64,000 nt of DNA, from the NCBI RefSeq assembly GCF_009914755.1, contig NC_060933.1; one strand, given 5' to 3'. The notes beneath the pieces are model-generated. The model worked only from the letters and a program-made list of their open reading frames with translations, made no database searches and was not told the DNA's origin. A program made the translations under genes and the position numbers. Positions 12,280-26,911 of the stretch are shown here, one piece after another (position 1 is the stretch's first letter; each line of letters starts with the position of its first letter). This DNA comes from the human T2T-CHM13v2.0 reference genome, Homo sapiens.

Positions 12280-12800
12280 CATGCTGAGTCCCATTATTTT
12301 TCCATTTTCCTCTATGCTCTGACAATACTAACACATGAAAGTTTTTATTTGCAGGCTTTTGCCTACGCTGACTCTTCTCCCACTGATCTTCTTTAGTCCC
12401 CTTCTTCCCAAGTGACTTATTTACTCATTGTAAACAAAATAGAGTTATCTCTTTTGAGAAGCCTTTCCTAACCCCGAATGAACTTGATTATTCTGTTGTG
12501 TTTATTACCCATTTATCTTCATCCATTTATTTGTTTACATAGTCAATCATTTTTCTGATGTTCTTTCAGTGTGCCACAGGCTGTGCACTTATTAGGGATA
12601 TACCAGTGAGAGGGGAAAAAAAAGTCCTACCTAATGGAATGTCTAGACTGCTGGTGAGAACAGATTTTAATTAAATAATCAATGAGAATAGAAATGCATA
12701 CTCCAAAAAAAACAGAGCAATATAGTGTATGAGAACACTTAATAGAGGTATCCAACATTATCTGAGGGGCTTGAAAACCTTTTTGAATAAAATTTTGAAT
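12280..12800. mobile_element. L2 fragments in opposite orientations
   Basis: gagaagcctttcctaacc (L2 3', +) followed by ttcatccatttatttgttt...gtgtgccacaggctgtgc..gggatataccagtg (L2 3', -). Confidence 0.5.
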
Positions 12801-13632
12801 ACTTATGATTTACAAATAGACTTATTTCATATATACTGATATGACTCCAGGCATTCTTTCTAGGATTATGCACTTTTACTATTTTAATTTAATTTATTTG
12901 ATTCCACATACTATGTAATGTAATTGTTGCTTTATTTGGTTAATGTTTATTTAAAATAACTCACACAATTACCATTTTCTTTGCTCAACACTCCTCCTTA
13001 CACTTTTTATAATACTTAGGTAATAGATTTTCTTTTTAAAAAATAGAGTCATGGATCCATTGGATTTGGTTAAATTAACAATTAGACCTTCTTAATACAA
13101 AGCACTGTCTCTTATCTCAGGTTAATGTTTCTAATACTTTTTGCTACCCTTAACGAAAAAAATAGAAAATAAGAAAATAAAAAAAATAACACAACTTACC
13201 CAGAGTTGCACAACTTACGGAAATACTTGTTAAAAATGAAATTCATGCCATATATATTTTGTTTTTTGCTTGTTTCATTTAAGCAAACATTAAGATTATA
13301 TTGTAAAGTATTTGTGGGCATCTGTCTGTAAATATTTACAGAAGAAACATACCAGTTATATTCTCACTCTATAGCTATAATAATCAATCTATAAGATATA
13401 AACATTAATGAGCTAAGCAAAAGTAAAATGTTTCCAAACTAAAATGAGGGACACTGTCATAAATCAGTAAATAAAAGCTTCATGCTAGTGAAGAAATCAT
13501 ATCTTCTTGGTAACATGGATACCCTGGGATGTAACCAGCAGAGAGATGATAAATACCTCTCGACTAATGTGCCAGGCATGGTTTAAGCCCTTCAAATATG
13601 CAACACCACAAAATCATCACATAAGTCTTATA

Positions 13633-13928
<296 letters not shown>

Positions 13929-15418
13929 GTCTTATGAAGGACAACTGCGGGCAAATTATTGGATAATCATTGTGAGTCAGAGACTTAATGGACATTTTTT
14001 ATTTGAGTTAATATAAAATATTCACAACTGTTGTATTCATAGTAGTGACAAAAAGCAAAAGTTTTGAATGAAAGGTTACTTAACTTGATCACAAAGTAGT
14101 TTGCCCATGGCAGGTGTTTGGAATCTAGTTAACTCCCGAATCTGGGCACTGTTTCCTGAATCACTGCTTTTCGAAACCCTTTCAATCTCCTTGTTTAATA
14201 CTACTCAAGCTGCATTTTTACACTGTGCACTGAAAACGTTTTTCCAACATAACATGTTTCTATCCTGCCCCAGAAATTTTGTGGTGTTTCTTTCCTGTCA
14301 TTATCATTTTTGAGATTTGCTGAACACTTCGTTTCAAAGTTTATGCTTCTCAAACTCATGGAATGATGCCAAAGCAAAGACTTGTCTCAAAACAAGTTTG
14401 CAATAATACATTTTAATCCAAAAAGAGCTGTTATCTAAGAATTTTCCCAATATTCTAAGAGCACAGGTGGAACATTTCTTCAGGTTTATTTGCAAAAGCT
14501 ATGTAGCCTCATAAAAATCCATATTCAGATGTAAAACAATTTGCCCGCGCAGCTGCCTCAAACTCCAAGCCCACTAATCAGCTAAGGATTGTATGAGGGC
14601 CTCAGAAGAACACTAGCTCTTGTTCAGGTATGGGCGCTTTTCAAAATGCAGGAGCAGCGTAACATTCAGAGTTTCTTTAAGACAATTATATTCTGCTGCT
14701 AATTAAAGTGTAGTGTTGTTGAATTTTCTCTCATTGCTCCACAGGTATAAGGCATGTGCCAAGAATGAATGAACACTAAAACATAATTGTTCTGAATTTC
14801 ATTTTTGTCTTTGAAACATTTTATAGTACATATATAGTTTTTACTTTTTATTCACGTATTTATTGAATAATCATTGAATATCTATTATGAACTATGTATG
14901 ATAATAGAATAAACAGACAGTTCCTGTACTCAAATAGTTTGTGATTTTGGTAATGAGGAAAAAGCCCATACTCTTCAGAATCATTAGAGAGTGGTAAATG
15001 ATACTGCATAACTATTTATTTTGTTCAATTAATATTTAATGACTTCCGTTTAGTTTTCATGTCCAACTGATGAACTGTTGCTACATTGTCATAGTTTTGG
15101 AATCCATATTGATTTCAAGATAGTTTCTATATTTTAGGTTCTCTTCATCTAACATTTACATTATTTCAAAGTCCTTTTTGATATCTTCCTTCTATTGATT
15201 CCCCCTACCTAATTCTATCCTCATGAACTTTCCAAGAAAATTTTATCAAACTATTTAATGATTACACTTCTCTAGTGTATACAAATAAATCATGATCCTT
15301 ATTTCCATAAAAAAATAACAAATGTTTTTATTGAGCGTATAGGTTGTGCAAAGAATTATGCTGCATAAGACAGTCCCAAAGATGAACAACATGCCCAAAT
15401 ATGTCTATGTATACCTAA

Positions 15419-16770
<1,352 letters not shown>

Positions 16771-16928
16771 AGACTGTCTCTTTTGTATTCCATTTCATGT
16801 TTGGAAGGGGGCAGTTTCTCTTTATTAGAACCAAATTGTGTCATAACTTCAGTATGGCTTCAGCATGGCAGACATGTTGAATTTGCTAGGTATATACAAT
16901 GAACTTCCAAAACACATGTAATAAACTT

Positions 16929-17511
16929 TGTTGGGGTGATCGGGCCCAACACCAGGTCATGGGGGTGATGAAGTCTGGCGGAGTGAAAGGAATAAGAAAA
17001 GACACTTTGAGAGAGAAAGTAGGTCCAGGGGCCCATCACGAGTGTGGAGGCTGCAAAGGCCCTGAGCTCTGGAAGCCCAGACTATTTATTGGTGATCAAA
17101 CAAAGAAACAGGTGGTGAGAATGTGGGGGTGAAAGGGAGCATTGCATTAAGCACATGATTTACAGCTTGATGGTTTGGCATGTGCCCTGCTACCTGAGAT
17201 AATGGAGAGCCGGTTCTTTTAACTCAAGATACAATCAATCCCAGGAGAGCAAGGAGCAAGGAGTCAGCCAGTGTAGACACATTCCAGAGGCCACAAGCCC
17301 TGGATTCTATCCAAGCCACGACGGGTTTTACGCCTTGGGCTTAGATTATGGTACATCCGGGTAGCCTTCCACCCTTTAGCACAGAGCTTGGTGTTCCAAA
17401 GGCCACAAGCGGTTTTAGACCCTGAACCCCAGACATGTTCAAAGACTTTTACATTATGTCAGACATGCAAACCCTGCCTCAGCTTCTCCCAACACTCAGC
17501 TTTTCCCAACA
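16929..17511 (-). mobile_element. LTR14B-like (HERV-K14/HML-1) solo LTR
   Basis: TG...CA termini; reverse complement begins tgttgggaaaagctgagtgttgggagaagctgaggcaggg; TSD aactt on both sides. Confidence 0.85.
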
Positions 17512-17792
17512 AACTTCTGCACAAAAAAGATTCCAGCTAGAAAAGATCTGATTCATGATATATTTGTCCTACTATTTAAATAATAATCCTGGAAACAAGA
17601 ATCAGTTTTCCAACATGAAAATGTATACAGTGCTAGGGATTTATTATAAATTGGTATCAATTCAGATATTATGCCATGGAATGCAGAATTTAAATTACAG
17701 AGCATTAAAGTATGCAATTCCACATGCTCATAAAAAATTGCAATAACATTTCCTATTACTTTTTTAGGTCAAAAAAAGGAAAGGAAAGTTTG

Positions 17793-18076
17793 AATGCAGG
17801 AACAGAAAACCAAACACTGCATGTTCTCACTTATAAGTGGGAGCTGAATGGTAAGAACACATGGACATATGGAGGGGAGCAACACACATTGGGGTCTGTT
17901 GGAGAGCCAAGGGAGAGACAGCAGCAGGAAGAATAGCTCATGTATGCCAAGCTTAATAAGTAGGTGATGGGATGATCTGTGCAGCAAACCACCATGACAC
18001 ACGTTTACCTATGTAACAAAGCTGCACACATACCCCAGAACTTAAGATAAAAGTTGAATAAAATAATAATAATAAT
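17793..18076 (+). mobile_element. L1 3' end fragment (L1PA13-ish)
   Basis: aatgcaggaacagaaaaccaaacactgcatgttctcacttataagtgggagct...A-rich tail; TSD aaagtttg. Confidence 0.92.
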
Positions 18077-19242
18077 AAAGTTTGGCAAATTACATAATTT
18101 TAAAGAAACAAATTATCTTGATACACAACTTAACATTAGTTATACACATGAGCACATAATTGCATACTCTGTCTTAACATTAGTTTAGGGCTATTTTGTT
18201 GGGGTTGGTCAAGACAAGAGAACTGAGTTCCTCTAATGTCAAAGGTATGGCAAGGCTGGAGAACAGAATTAAAAACAATTCCAAGGTTCCAGTGATGTCA
18301 AGGCTGTGATCTGAATAGCAATGCAAGAATCAGGCCTATAGTATTAGAGATAATTCTCACAGGTTAAACATAATTTTGTATACACGGCCTCTTCAGAATA
18401 TCTCTTCTGTCTGTTAGTTCCTGACAAGCAGATTGCGGTACTGAAATTTCGCAAGTGATAGTTAAAGCCATCCCTGAGCCAACCTGGGGATATCAATAAA
18501 TGTCTCATTTCTTGAATATTCTCTCTTACATATTTTTCAGATTCTTCTCTTAACTCAGTTTTATAATCTATTAAGGAAATAAGATTGGTGATTTTGGGCG
18601 GGGTTGTTAGGGAGAAGGTGGAAATTTCTTGAAGAAAAATAATCACAATATAAAATAAACAACAATTGCATGGTAACATAAACTTTCAAATGTACTTCAT
18701 GTTTTGTGATAATTTGTTTCAATGTAAAGATTTATGAAATCGAAGTTTGTCATTACAACATGGCCAATATCTAGTCCTAAACTGTTTGCTTTGAGCACAT
18801 ACTTGACATCCAATAAGAGAACAATTTATTGTTTTAAAGGAGGTTAGAAGAAAAGTAATAATTTCTGAATGCCTTTCTATTTGGCAGTTTGTAAGCGGTT
18901 TTTACCATTTTCATATTTAAATGGCCATGGACTTTAGTGGTTGTGAATGGGTTTTCTTCTTTGGGCATGTCAGTAGTTCAATGCTATAATGAAAGAGAAA
19001 GGGTAAGCAAATGCTGACATGTAGCAGAACAGCCTGATGTAGATCTTATTCTGATAGTGGTTCATTTTCCTTTCTGATCTGTTTACTGGCTCACCAACAA
19101 CTAACTATATGTAAGTTTTCTATTACAGATAAAACTATTTTTAACCAGGGGAAAAAATTCCTTGAGTTTGTGTTATTTCAGTGGCTAGGATGCTAGAAAT
19201 TATTCATATAGTTTATACTCCCCACCGAACGTCAAAACTTAC

Positions 19243-19380
19243 TAACTATTGGGTACTATTGGGTACTATGTTTAGAACTGGATCATTCGTATCCCAAACC
19301 TCAGCATCATTCAATATACCCAGGTAACAAACTTGCACATGTATCTCTGAATCTAAAATGAAAGTTGAAAAAAAAAAAAA
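19243..19380 (+). mobile_element. Short L1 3'UTR fragment (L1PB/PA16 grade)
   Basis: ctattgggtactatg...cccaaacctcagcatcattcaatatacccaggtaacaaac...poly(A); TSD aaaacttac. Confidence 0.9.
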
Positions 19381-19819
19381 CTTACCTTAAAACCTATGCT
19401 ATCTGGCTGCTCTGACTTTTGAAGATTTTTTAAAATTCCAAATCAGGGTAAATAAAACATTTAGAACTGACACTGCCTACACCACTTAGAAAATGAGATC
19501 AGTGACAGAGACGAGACAGTCTGACTTAAAGGTGCTAGAGACTTTCAACATTTCTTTGCTTCTCAGCCAGAACTAGAAGTTTCATAAGTCTAAGCAATTT
19601 ATTTGTTTAAAAAATAGTCTTCTGAAACTCCAAAACCAATAAGCCATCTTTCCCCATAATTTTTGTTTACTACTTACTATTTCTGAATGTGAATAAAAGG
19701 TATTTATATCAATATTTTAGTTGATTAAAGAAGATTGAATTCAATGTAATTTGTAATGCAATTTATTTATTTCTTAAATTTTGATAATTATCTCTTGGAT
19801 GTTATAAACATAATTGTTT

Positions 19820-20139
19820 CACAATCTCAGATTAGATTTGGCAACATGCTGAATTTATGCATGTTATCAGCACAGGGAAATATGTCAACAAGGATTCCCT
19901 CAGTAATGTTGAGTGAATAAGGAAGAGCTCAGCACGGAATCCCAGACACTTGGTATACCACCAGAAATGTGAAGAACCACTCACTGGAGATGCTGGTGGA
20001 GGGGCCCAACTCCTACTTATGGAGGCCCAGACTTTCATCCCTTTGAGGCCTGTTGAGCCCCCTGGCCTGCGAGGACTGGATCTGCCTAGGTTAATGTGCC
20101 TTGGGAACGCCACCCAAAGCAGGTGGTAAATGCCATCTA
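19820..20139 (+). pseudogene. 28S rRNA pseudogene: decayed copy of the first ~330 nt
   Basis: cacaatctcagattagatttggcaacatgctgaatttatgcat...ggattccctcagtaatgttgagtgaataaggaagagctcagcac aligns to 28S 5' end cgcgacctcagatcagacgtggcgacccgctgaatttaagcat...ggattccctcagtaacggcgagtgaacagggaagagcccagcgc; ends cccaaagcaggtggtaaatgccatcta (28S cccaaagcgggtggtaaactccatcta). Confidence 0.93.
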
Positions 20140-20781
20140 CTCATATTAGAAAACGGTACATATATGTGAACATAAGAAATGTGCAGCCCTTAAACAGCCC
20201 TTTGTGTCTTGAAAAACCTCTTATAAGCTAACTATATACAAGAACTCCTTAAATTCAATTAGAGATACACAAATAAATAAATGACTTCCATTGTAACAAG
20301 GTCTTCTAGAAATCTTGGCAGATAACTATGTTGTAATATTTATTTTTTGCACATATTTTCTGCCTGTTTTAAGCTAGACAATATTTGTTAGTTATTTGAT
20401 TTCTCCTCCATTTAAAGACGAGTACAAGTGTTCACTTGCAAAAACTAACGGTTATTTATATTTAATTATTTTATGGAAAAATAATCCAAAAAACTCTACA
20501 AATAAAGTCATAAAATGTTTTATAGACAAGATTTTGGCAAGAATGTAGTCTTACTTCTTTGTCAGTAACACTCAGTCCTATTCCATCCATTAAACACTAC
20601 CTGATTAAAAAATTTGTCAGTGCGGGCAATCTAAGTCTCTGCTTAAGAAGTTTCTGAGCAGAAACTGCTCTTCCCCCATGTCAGACATTTTCCCATATTC
20701 AGAAATCTTCTAAGTGTAGGACATATTTTATATATTGAAATGAAACTCTAATGACTTAATTTTATTAATAACTTATAATCA

Positions 20782-21260
<479 letters not shown>

Positions 21261-21496
21261 TCAGAAGAGATATATAGCAATTTGCATCACTGAGTCATGC
21301 AATAGAAGAAATTATAATGCAATAGGCAGAGACCATAAAGTCAGAGTGTAATGAGATATTTAAGACTTCTGATAAGAAGAAGTAGAATGACATTGTTAGA
21401 TCTATGTTTTGTTAGAGGCACTACAAAGGAAGGCAGAAGCTAGCAACTTCTTTGCTTGTTTTTGAAACAAAAAGGTTATCAGAAAAATTTAAAAAG

Positions 21497-21520
21497 ATAT
21501 ATATATATATATATATATAT
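21497..21520. repeat. (TA)n microsatellite
   Basis: Direct observation. Confidence 0.95.
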
Positions 21521-21640
21521 TGTTACTAGAAGGCTATATCAACCTCACAAATGTAATTTTGAGTTTCAAGAGCAAAAAATAAATGTTCAATCAATAATAT
21601 TTGATAAAAACATGTGTGCATGTATGTATGGACACATAGA

Positions 21641-21660
21641 TACACACACAAACACACAAC

Positions 21661-21692
<32 letters not shown>
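21641..21692. repeat. Compound (CA)n/(TA)n microsatellite
   Basis: Direct observation. Confidence 0.9.
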
Positions 21693-21693
<1 letters not shown>

Positions 21694-22608
21694 ATACTAT
21701 TTTCCTAATATGTCAATTAATTTTGGAGTAGTTTTTAATTGTTTAGCAGTATTTAAACATACACATACTTACCCACGTTTAGAAACAACAAATCATCATA
21801 CCTACCATAAAACAGTTTAGTTTAAGTCTAACTTCAGTAATTCACTAGTTATAGTATCTTGGGCAAGTCATCTATTTTCTGAAATAAATAAATAATAAAT
21901 ATATTTTACTCAATTAAAAGATGAACTATGTTTATATGGTTGACTTAAATACTTGAAACTTGAAGGTTGTTTGCTTTGTTAGAAAATACTTTCTTCTCTA
22001 ACAGATACTTTTGTAGATCATGAAAATTATTGAAAAGAGGTATATTTCTTCTTTAACACATATCTTTATGCCTTTTGGTTGCAGTATGTCCAAAACTATT
22101 TAAGGCAGTTTACAAATTAAAATATGACAAGATAAAAACAAATTTTAAATAGTGAAAAAACTGAAAAAAAATATAGTACAAATAGAAAAATTAGATGGAT
22201 GGCATAAATTAATTTAGAAGGCAAAATACCATGAAATCTTATATACCTGGAACAAATTATTCAATACTTGGTCCTAAGATTTCTAGAAGCCACATGGGGA
22301 AAAAAATAAATATTTCTGTGACTATCATGTCAATCCAAAAGTTACTAAAAAATGTAGCAATTATCCTCTTTACAGATATCATATAAATAATTTCTCCTTC
22401 AGGCTATAATACAGAGACATAATCATTGTGCGAGGAAGAGGGTAATGTTTTCATCTTAAACATAGTAATAATATCCATTAAGTTTCTTATAAATGTATTC
22501 CTTCAATGTGAACAAAGCTAAGCCCATCATTTTCACAGAGGCCAGTACGTTATAGTTCAGGTTAATCTCTGAAGAATCACCCTTATTGTCCATACATAGA
22601 TGCTAAAG

Positions 22609-22664
22609 CAATGGCTCTTAAACTTCTTTTGACAGTGATCAAAAATAAGAAAAATATTTTACAT
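22609..22664. mobile_element. hAT-Charlie-type MER, left part (resumes 25615-25800)
   Basis: caatggctcttaaacttcttttgac...aataagaaaaatattttacat. Confidence 0.55.
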
Positions 22665-25008
22665 TGTTGAAGCACAGAAAACAATAGCCTCAATTTATCT
22701 AGTATTTGGAAACTATTTGTATTTATAATTATGGAACTATAGCTATTTGCAAATGTTCAATAAAAATTTGTTTTCTTTTATAACCGGACACAATTGGAGA
22801 CACTGGTTATTTTTACCAAGGGTTTAAATGGAACAATATATTTTCAGATAGGCTCACATTGCTTTGAGGAATTAAAGTTGACTTTATAGAACCAATAAAA
22901 AGCTACTTGGAAAGACTGGCCTGATACCCTGTATACATGGTTCCTTTACAGGGTTCCTGACCTGTGGTAAGTAAAGAATGTCACCTGCTGATAGGACCAG
23001 GAACCTCAAGTTACTTTGGGACCTCGAGAAAAGAGAAATTCAACCAATTCATACAGGTATTTATACACAGTCTGATGGCAATTCCTTGGCTTGGCTTCCC
23101 AGCCTCAAGGGGCTTTTGAAAATCGAATCTGAAATTCCTTACAAAAGTTCCAGCAAAGCCAATTTTTAAAAGCTGATATGACCAGTCACTATTTTTGCTG
23201 CACTTTATGCAAATAATTCAGGACGAGGATTATAAGACTAAAATATATTTTGCAAATAAACTGGTCCTATTGTGATTTGTCTTTGATAGAAATGAGAAAC
23301 TGGAAAAAGAAAAAATATGTCTCAAAATGAAACTATAGTACATCTGTTATTAGATTCTAGCTTTGTTCATTGGTTTTGAGTTATTATTATTTGCCTGCAA
23401 TTTGGACTGAATTCTGATTTCTTCTCTGGCTACAAGTCTCCAAGCTAATGTTTCCATTTTCTCCCTATTTTTCTGACTTAAAATCATTTAAATTAAAACT
23501 ACTTTTTTTCTGCAGCCCTACAAGCTGAATCTAGACAACTTGATACGAATTTTGGAAAAAAATCACTATAGCAACTTAATATATGAATATCCTTCATGGC
23601 TGTTGATGTCTAGAATACTCAGAAATTTCACTAGAGACCTGATGCAAACTGCAGACCAGGACAAATCTGTCAGAGTGCCACTGTCTGCTGTCCTTTCATC
23701 TGAAGGTCCTTCAAGCCCAATGTCTAAAAATGTTGATGGGTAGGGTCCAGCCCTACGGGGCTAAGCGGGTGTTCTCCCCGTGTGTGGAGACGAGAGATTG
23801 TAATAAATAAAGACACAAGACAAAGAGGTAAAGAGAAAGCAGCTCAGCCCAGGGGACCACTATCATCAAGATGCGGAGACGGGTAGTGGCCCCGAACGGC
23901 TGGGCTCACTGATATTTATTGCATGCAAGACAACGGGCAGGGTAAGGAGGGTGAATCTTCTAAGTGATTGACAAGATGAAGCAAGTCACGTGATTACAGG
24001 ATAGGGTGCCCTTCCCTCTTACGTAGCGGAAGCAGAGAGAGAAGGCAGCATACGTCAGCGTTTTCTTCTATGCACTTATAAGAAAGATCAAAGACTTTAA
24101 GACTTTCACTATTTCTTCTACCGCTATCTACTACGAACTTCAAAGAGGAATCAGGAGTACGGGAGGAACATGAAAGTGGACAAGCAGCGTGACCGTTGAA
24201 GCACAGCACCACAGGGAGGGGTTTAGGCCTCCGGATGACTGCGGGCGGGCCTCGATACTATCCAGCCTTCCACAAGAAGCTGGTGGAGCAGAGTGTTCCT
24301 GACTCCTCCAAGGAAAGGAGACTCCCTTTTGCGGTCTGCTAAGTAACGGATGCCTTCCCACACACTGGCATTACCGCTTGACCAAGGAGCCCTCAAGCGG
24401 CCCTTATGCAGGCATGACAGAAGGCTCACCTCTTGCCTTCTAGGTCACTTCTCACAATGTCCCTTCAGCACCTGACCCTATACCCGCCAGTTATTCCTAG
24501 GTTATATTAGTAATGCAACAAAGAATAATATTAAAAGCTAATGATCAATAACATTTATAATAATGACTGATAATTGTCCATGACCATCTCTATATCTAAT
24601 TTGTAATATGACTATTCTTATTCTAACTATTTTCTTTATTATACTGAAATAGTTTGTGCCTTCAGTCTCTTGCCTTGGCACCTAGGTAATCTTCCGCCCA
24701 CATGATTGGGCTGTCTTCTAGACGAAAAAACTGAGTTTACAACTTGTTCTACCCATTAAGCTTTATTTTTATTTTGTTTACATAGAAATGCTTCATTATA
24801 TATCTGATTGTTCAAATCACATGGAGGCCTGACTTTGGTGGTAGCCCATATGCAACACCACTGCCTGAAATGATACAAAACTAGTAACTGTTTAACTGGA
24901 CTGGTCTATTCTTAAGACTGAGAGACTGGTTCAATGGTTTATAAGACAATCCACCAACCCATTTTCTGGACTGTAAAACTTCTTGGGATAGTTTTTATAC
25001 CAGGAAAT
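22665..25008 (+). mobile_element. Deleted MER4-group (MER34-like) ERV1 provirus: ~25-bp 5' LTR stub plus 3' internal region; interrupted by LTR13
   Basis: Start tgttgaagcacagaaaacaata mirrors the 3' LTR start; internal ggacacaattggagacactggttattttacc...gggttcctgacctgtggtaagtaaagaatgtcac is typical MER4-group internal sequence; 4-bp TSD acat (22661-4 / 25615-8). Confidence 0.8.
23739..24702 (-). mobile_element. LTR13 (HERV-K13/HML-4) solo LTR
   Basis: Reverse complement begins tgtgggcggaagattacctaggtgccaaggcaagagactgaaggcacaaac; ~960 bp; CpG-rich; near TSD tgatgg/tgattg. Confidence 0.9.
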
Positions 25009-25614
25009 TTTGGGGGCTCAGATAATAATATTCCAAAATGAAGGCTTCAAAAGCTGGTTCAGAAGCAGAAGTTTTTCTCTGACCTTCTATTCTCTTGTCT
25101 CTTGAGTTCCATTCTCTACCGAGGCTAGCCATAGAAACTTGTACCTCTCTTCCTCAAGGCAGGTCATAGAAACCAGAATGCACATTTCCACAAAGCCAGT
25201 CATAAAGCCAAAAGAATATTATTTCAATTTTCCCTCTACCTTTCTTCATAAAAACTGGTCACAAAGAAATTATATGACCCACCTTGTTTGCCTGTAAGTC
25301 ATAAGGCCTCCATTCCAAAGGGAGTCCTTCCCCACAATGAGAAGAAGGAATGCATGCTCAGACGTGGAGAGTAATTTAGACAGACAGGCCTTGCTAGCAA
25401 GGCTGTCATTTCTACATAGCTGTTCATACTTTGTTGAAGCTATGCATAAAAATGGACAATTTCTTCTGTATCTTTGGGTCTTCATTCTGGAGTCCCCTGT
25501 GTACCCACATTAAATAAATTTGTATGTCTTTTATCTAATGTATTTTTCTTATAAAAGCTGACTTTTCGGCAAACCTTCAGAGAGCCAAGGGGAAAGTTCT
25601 CCTTGGCTCCTACG
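25009..25614 (+). mobile_element. MER34-like ERV1 3' LTR
   Basis: tgggggctcagataataatattccaaaatgaaggc...gaggctagccatagaaac...aataaa...aaaccttcagagagccaaggggaaagttctccttggctcctacg. Confidence 0.82.
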
Positions 25615-25800
25615 ACATCATGATCTGGTAAAAACATATGTACATATACATTTACACATACCCAGCCAACAGATATTTTAAGAAAAAATTATGTTTATAA
25701 TATTTTATAATATATTCTATTTTATTAAATGTATGCTATCAAATTATATTGACTTTATGAACCACTGATGGGCCAATCACCACAGCATGAAAAATATTAT
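25615..25800. mobile_element. hAT-Charlie-type MER, right part
   Basis: acatcatgatctggtaaaaacatatg...ttgactttatgaaccactgatgggccaatcaccacagcatgaaaaatatt continues the element broken at 22664. Confidence 0.55.
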
Positions 25801-25887
25801 ATAAGATGATATGTAAAAATAGATATAATAAAATCCTGCATAACTAGAATCATTGACAGTTAAGCTATTGAAATATCATAAAAAGGT

Positions 25888-26292
25888 TGTATTAGTCAAG
25901 GTTCTCCAAAGAAGCAGAACCAGTAGATTTATTTATTGCGAGGCATTGGCTCACAAGATTGTGGAGGCTGGGAAATTGTTAAATAATCTACTGTCTGTAG
26001 GCTGGAGACCAAGGAAGGGTGATGTAATTCAGAATGAGTACAAGGGCAGAAGATAAAGTGAATTGTCCCAGCTTAAGTAGGCAGATAGGAAGTAAAAAGG
26101 GATAGATTCCTGCTTCAGCTGCCTTTTGTTGTATTCAGGCCCTGGATGGATTGGAGAGGGAAAACTACTTTACTGAGTTCAGAGATTCAAATGCTAATCT
26201 CATCCAGAAACACTCCCATAGATACACACAGAAATAATGTTTATTCTGTGCACCATAGCCAGTCAAGTTGATATATAAAACTAGCCATCACA
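25888..26292 (-). mobile_element. MLT2B-like ERVL solo LTR
   Basis: tgtattagtcaaggttctccaaagaagcagaacc...gccagtcaagttgatatataaaactagccatcaca; perfect 5-bp TSD aaggt. Confidence 0.92.
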
Positions 26293-26694
26293 AAGGTTAT
26301 AACTATTCTCTTGAATTAGTAATTGAGCCACAGACTTTAGTGATCAGGTGGGGGTAGGACTGCTTATATTTCTGCCAAACTATATCCTAATTGATTAATG
26401 CACCATTATGCACTCTCTTACATGAAGCCATTGAACATTCAATTCCCTTGTTTCTTCTACCTGCGTGGGATTTCCATTTGATCTCTCCTGGCAGGCTTCT
26501 GTTCCTTCAGGTTTCCCCCTCAACTATTGCCTTCTCAAAAACATTTTTTTTTTTGGACAGGACTAAGTAAGTCCCAGTCTCTATCCCTTCTACCCCTGCT
26601 CTCCATTAATTTATATTCTATGCCAGCACAAATATGTTTTTCTCATAGCATATTATAGTTGAGAGATGCCTTATTTTCTAGTTTGCTAATTTTT

Positions 26695-26911
26695 ACCCAC
26701 ATGGAATTAAAATTGCTCATCAGCTGATTTAAAGAGATTATCCTGGATTATCCAGATAGACCCAATGTAATCAAAAGGGGACTTTACATGCAAAAGGGGA
26801 AGATGGTGATGCCATATGAACAATACATGTGTAATGCCATACGAAAAAAATCTGTGTCATATGAAAAAAAGTTTGTTGTAGTTTGTTACAGTAGCAACCA
26901 AAAACTAATAC
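26695..26911 (+). mobile_element. Internally deleted MLT1 LTR fragment
   Basis: gagattatcctggattatccagatagacccaatgtaatcaaaaggg and terminal tttgttacagtagcaaccaaaaactaataca. Confidence 0.75.

Noticed and set aside
14529-14627. Coding exon
   Set aside because: Stop codons in all three + frames.
19832-20113. 93-aa minus-strand ORF in a GC-richer island
   Set aside because: It is the antisense reading of the 28S rRNA pseudogene.
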